Shown piece by piece: positions 63,624 to 64,000 of a stretch of DNA of 64,000 nt. Each line of letters opens with the position of its first letter. The first letter of the stretch is position 1. The translations under genes and the position numbers were made by a program. The notes beneath the pieces were generated by a model. It was not told the origin of the DNA. It saw nothing but the letters and a program-made list of their open reading frames with translations, and ran no database searches. Origin of the DNA: Camelus dromedarius (lineage: Eukaryota); NCBI RefSeq assembly GCF_036321535.1, contig NC_087437.1, positions 118,980,001-119,044,000 on the forward strand, read 5' to 3'.

Positions 63624-64000
63624 GTAATGGCTTTGCGGTTGTGTAAGGAAACGTTCATGATATTTTGCGTTGCTGTGAACAGAACACTGAATTATGTAGG
63701 GGGTGAAATGACATGATGTCTGGGATTTGCTTTAAAATACTCCATTGGAGAAAAGAATAAAGAAAAAAGACGGCTTTATTCAATGTGGCAGAATCTTGAT
63801 AATCGTTGAAACTGGAAAACAGGGCTTCGCATGTTGAAGTTACTATTCCCTCTACTTTTGAATAGATTTGAAATTTCTTAAAAAAAAAAAAACTAAAGAA
63901 GGGTTGAGTAGGGGGTGCATAAAAGATTTTTAGGGCAGTGGGTTACTCTGTACCGGACCGTAATGGTGGATGGAGGTCATTACCCATTTGTCCAAACCCA

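Overview
Mammalian genomic DNA, most likely from a camelid (four copies of a tRNA-derived SINE resembling the camelid Vic-1 family), GC-rich and dense in repeats. The first ~8 kb is the edge of a keratin-associated protein cluster: an intact KRTAP10-type gene (1314-1946, +), a KRTAP12-type pseudogene (5315-5574, -) and an intact KRTAP12-type gene (7598-7945, +). I could not find TSPEAR exons, although TSPEAR hosts this cluster in human. The most unexpected signal is a chain of about 17 minus-strand exon-like segments between ~28.3 kb and ~12.3 kb, mostly with canonical splice sites and phase-compatible frames, encoding a protein I cannot assign to any family. It is disrupted by stops and frameshifts, so it is probably a decaying gene, and it may be driven from a CpG island at ~32.7-33.8 kb. 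The rest is L1, MaLR/ERV LTRs, hAT DNA-transposon fossils, SINEs, microsatellites and a G-rich minisatellite. Repeat names, repeat boundaries and the exon model were read by eye and need computational confirmation.
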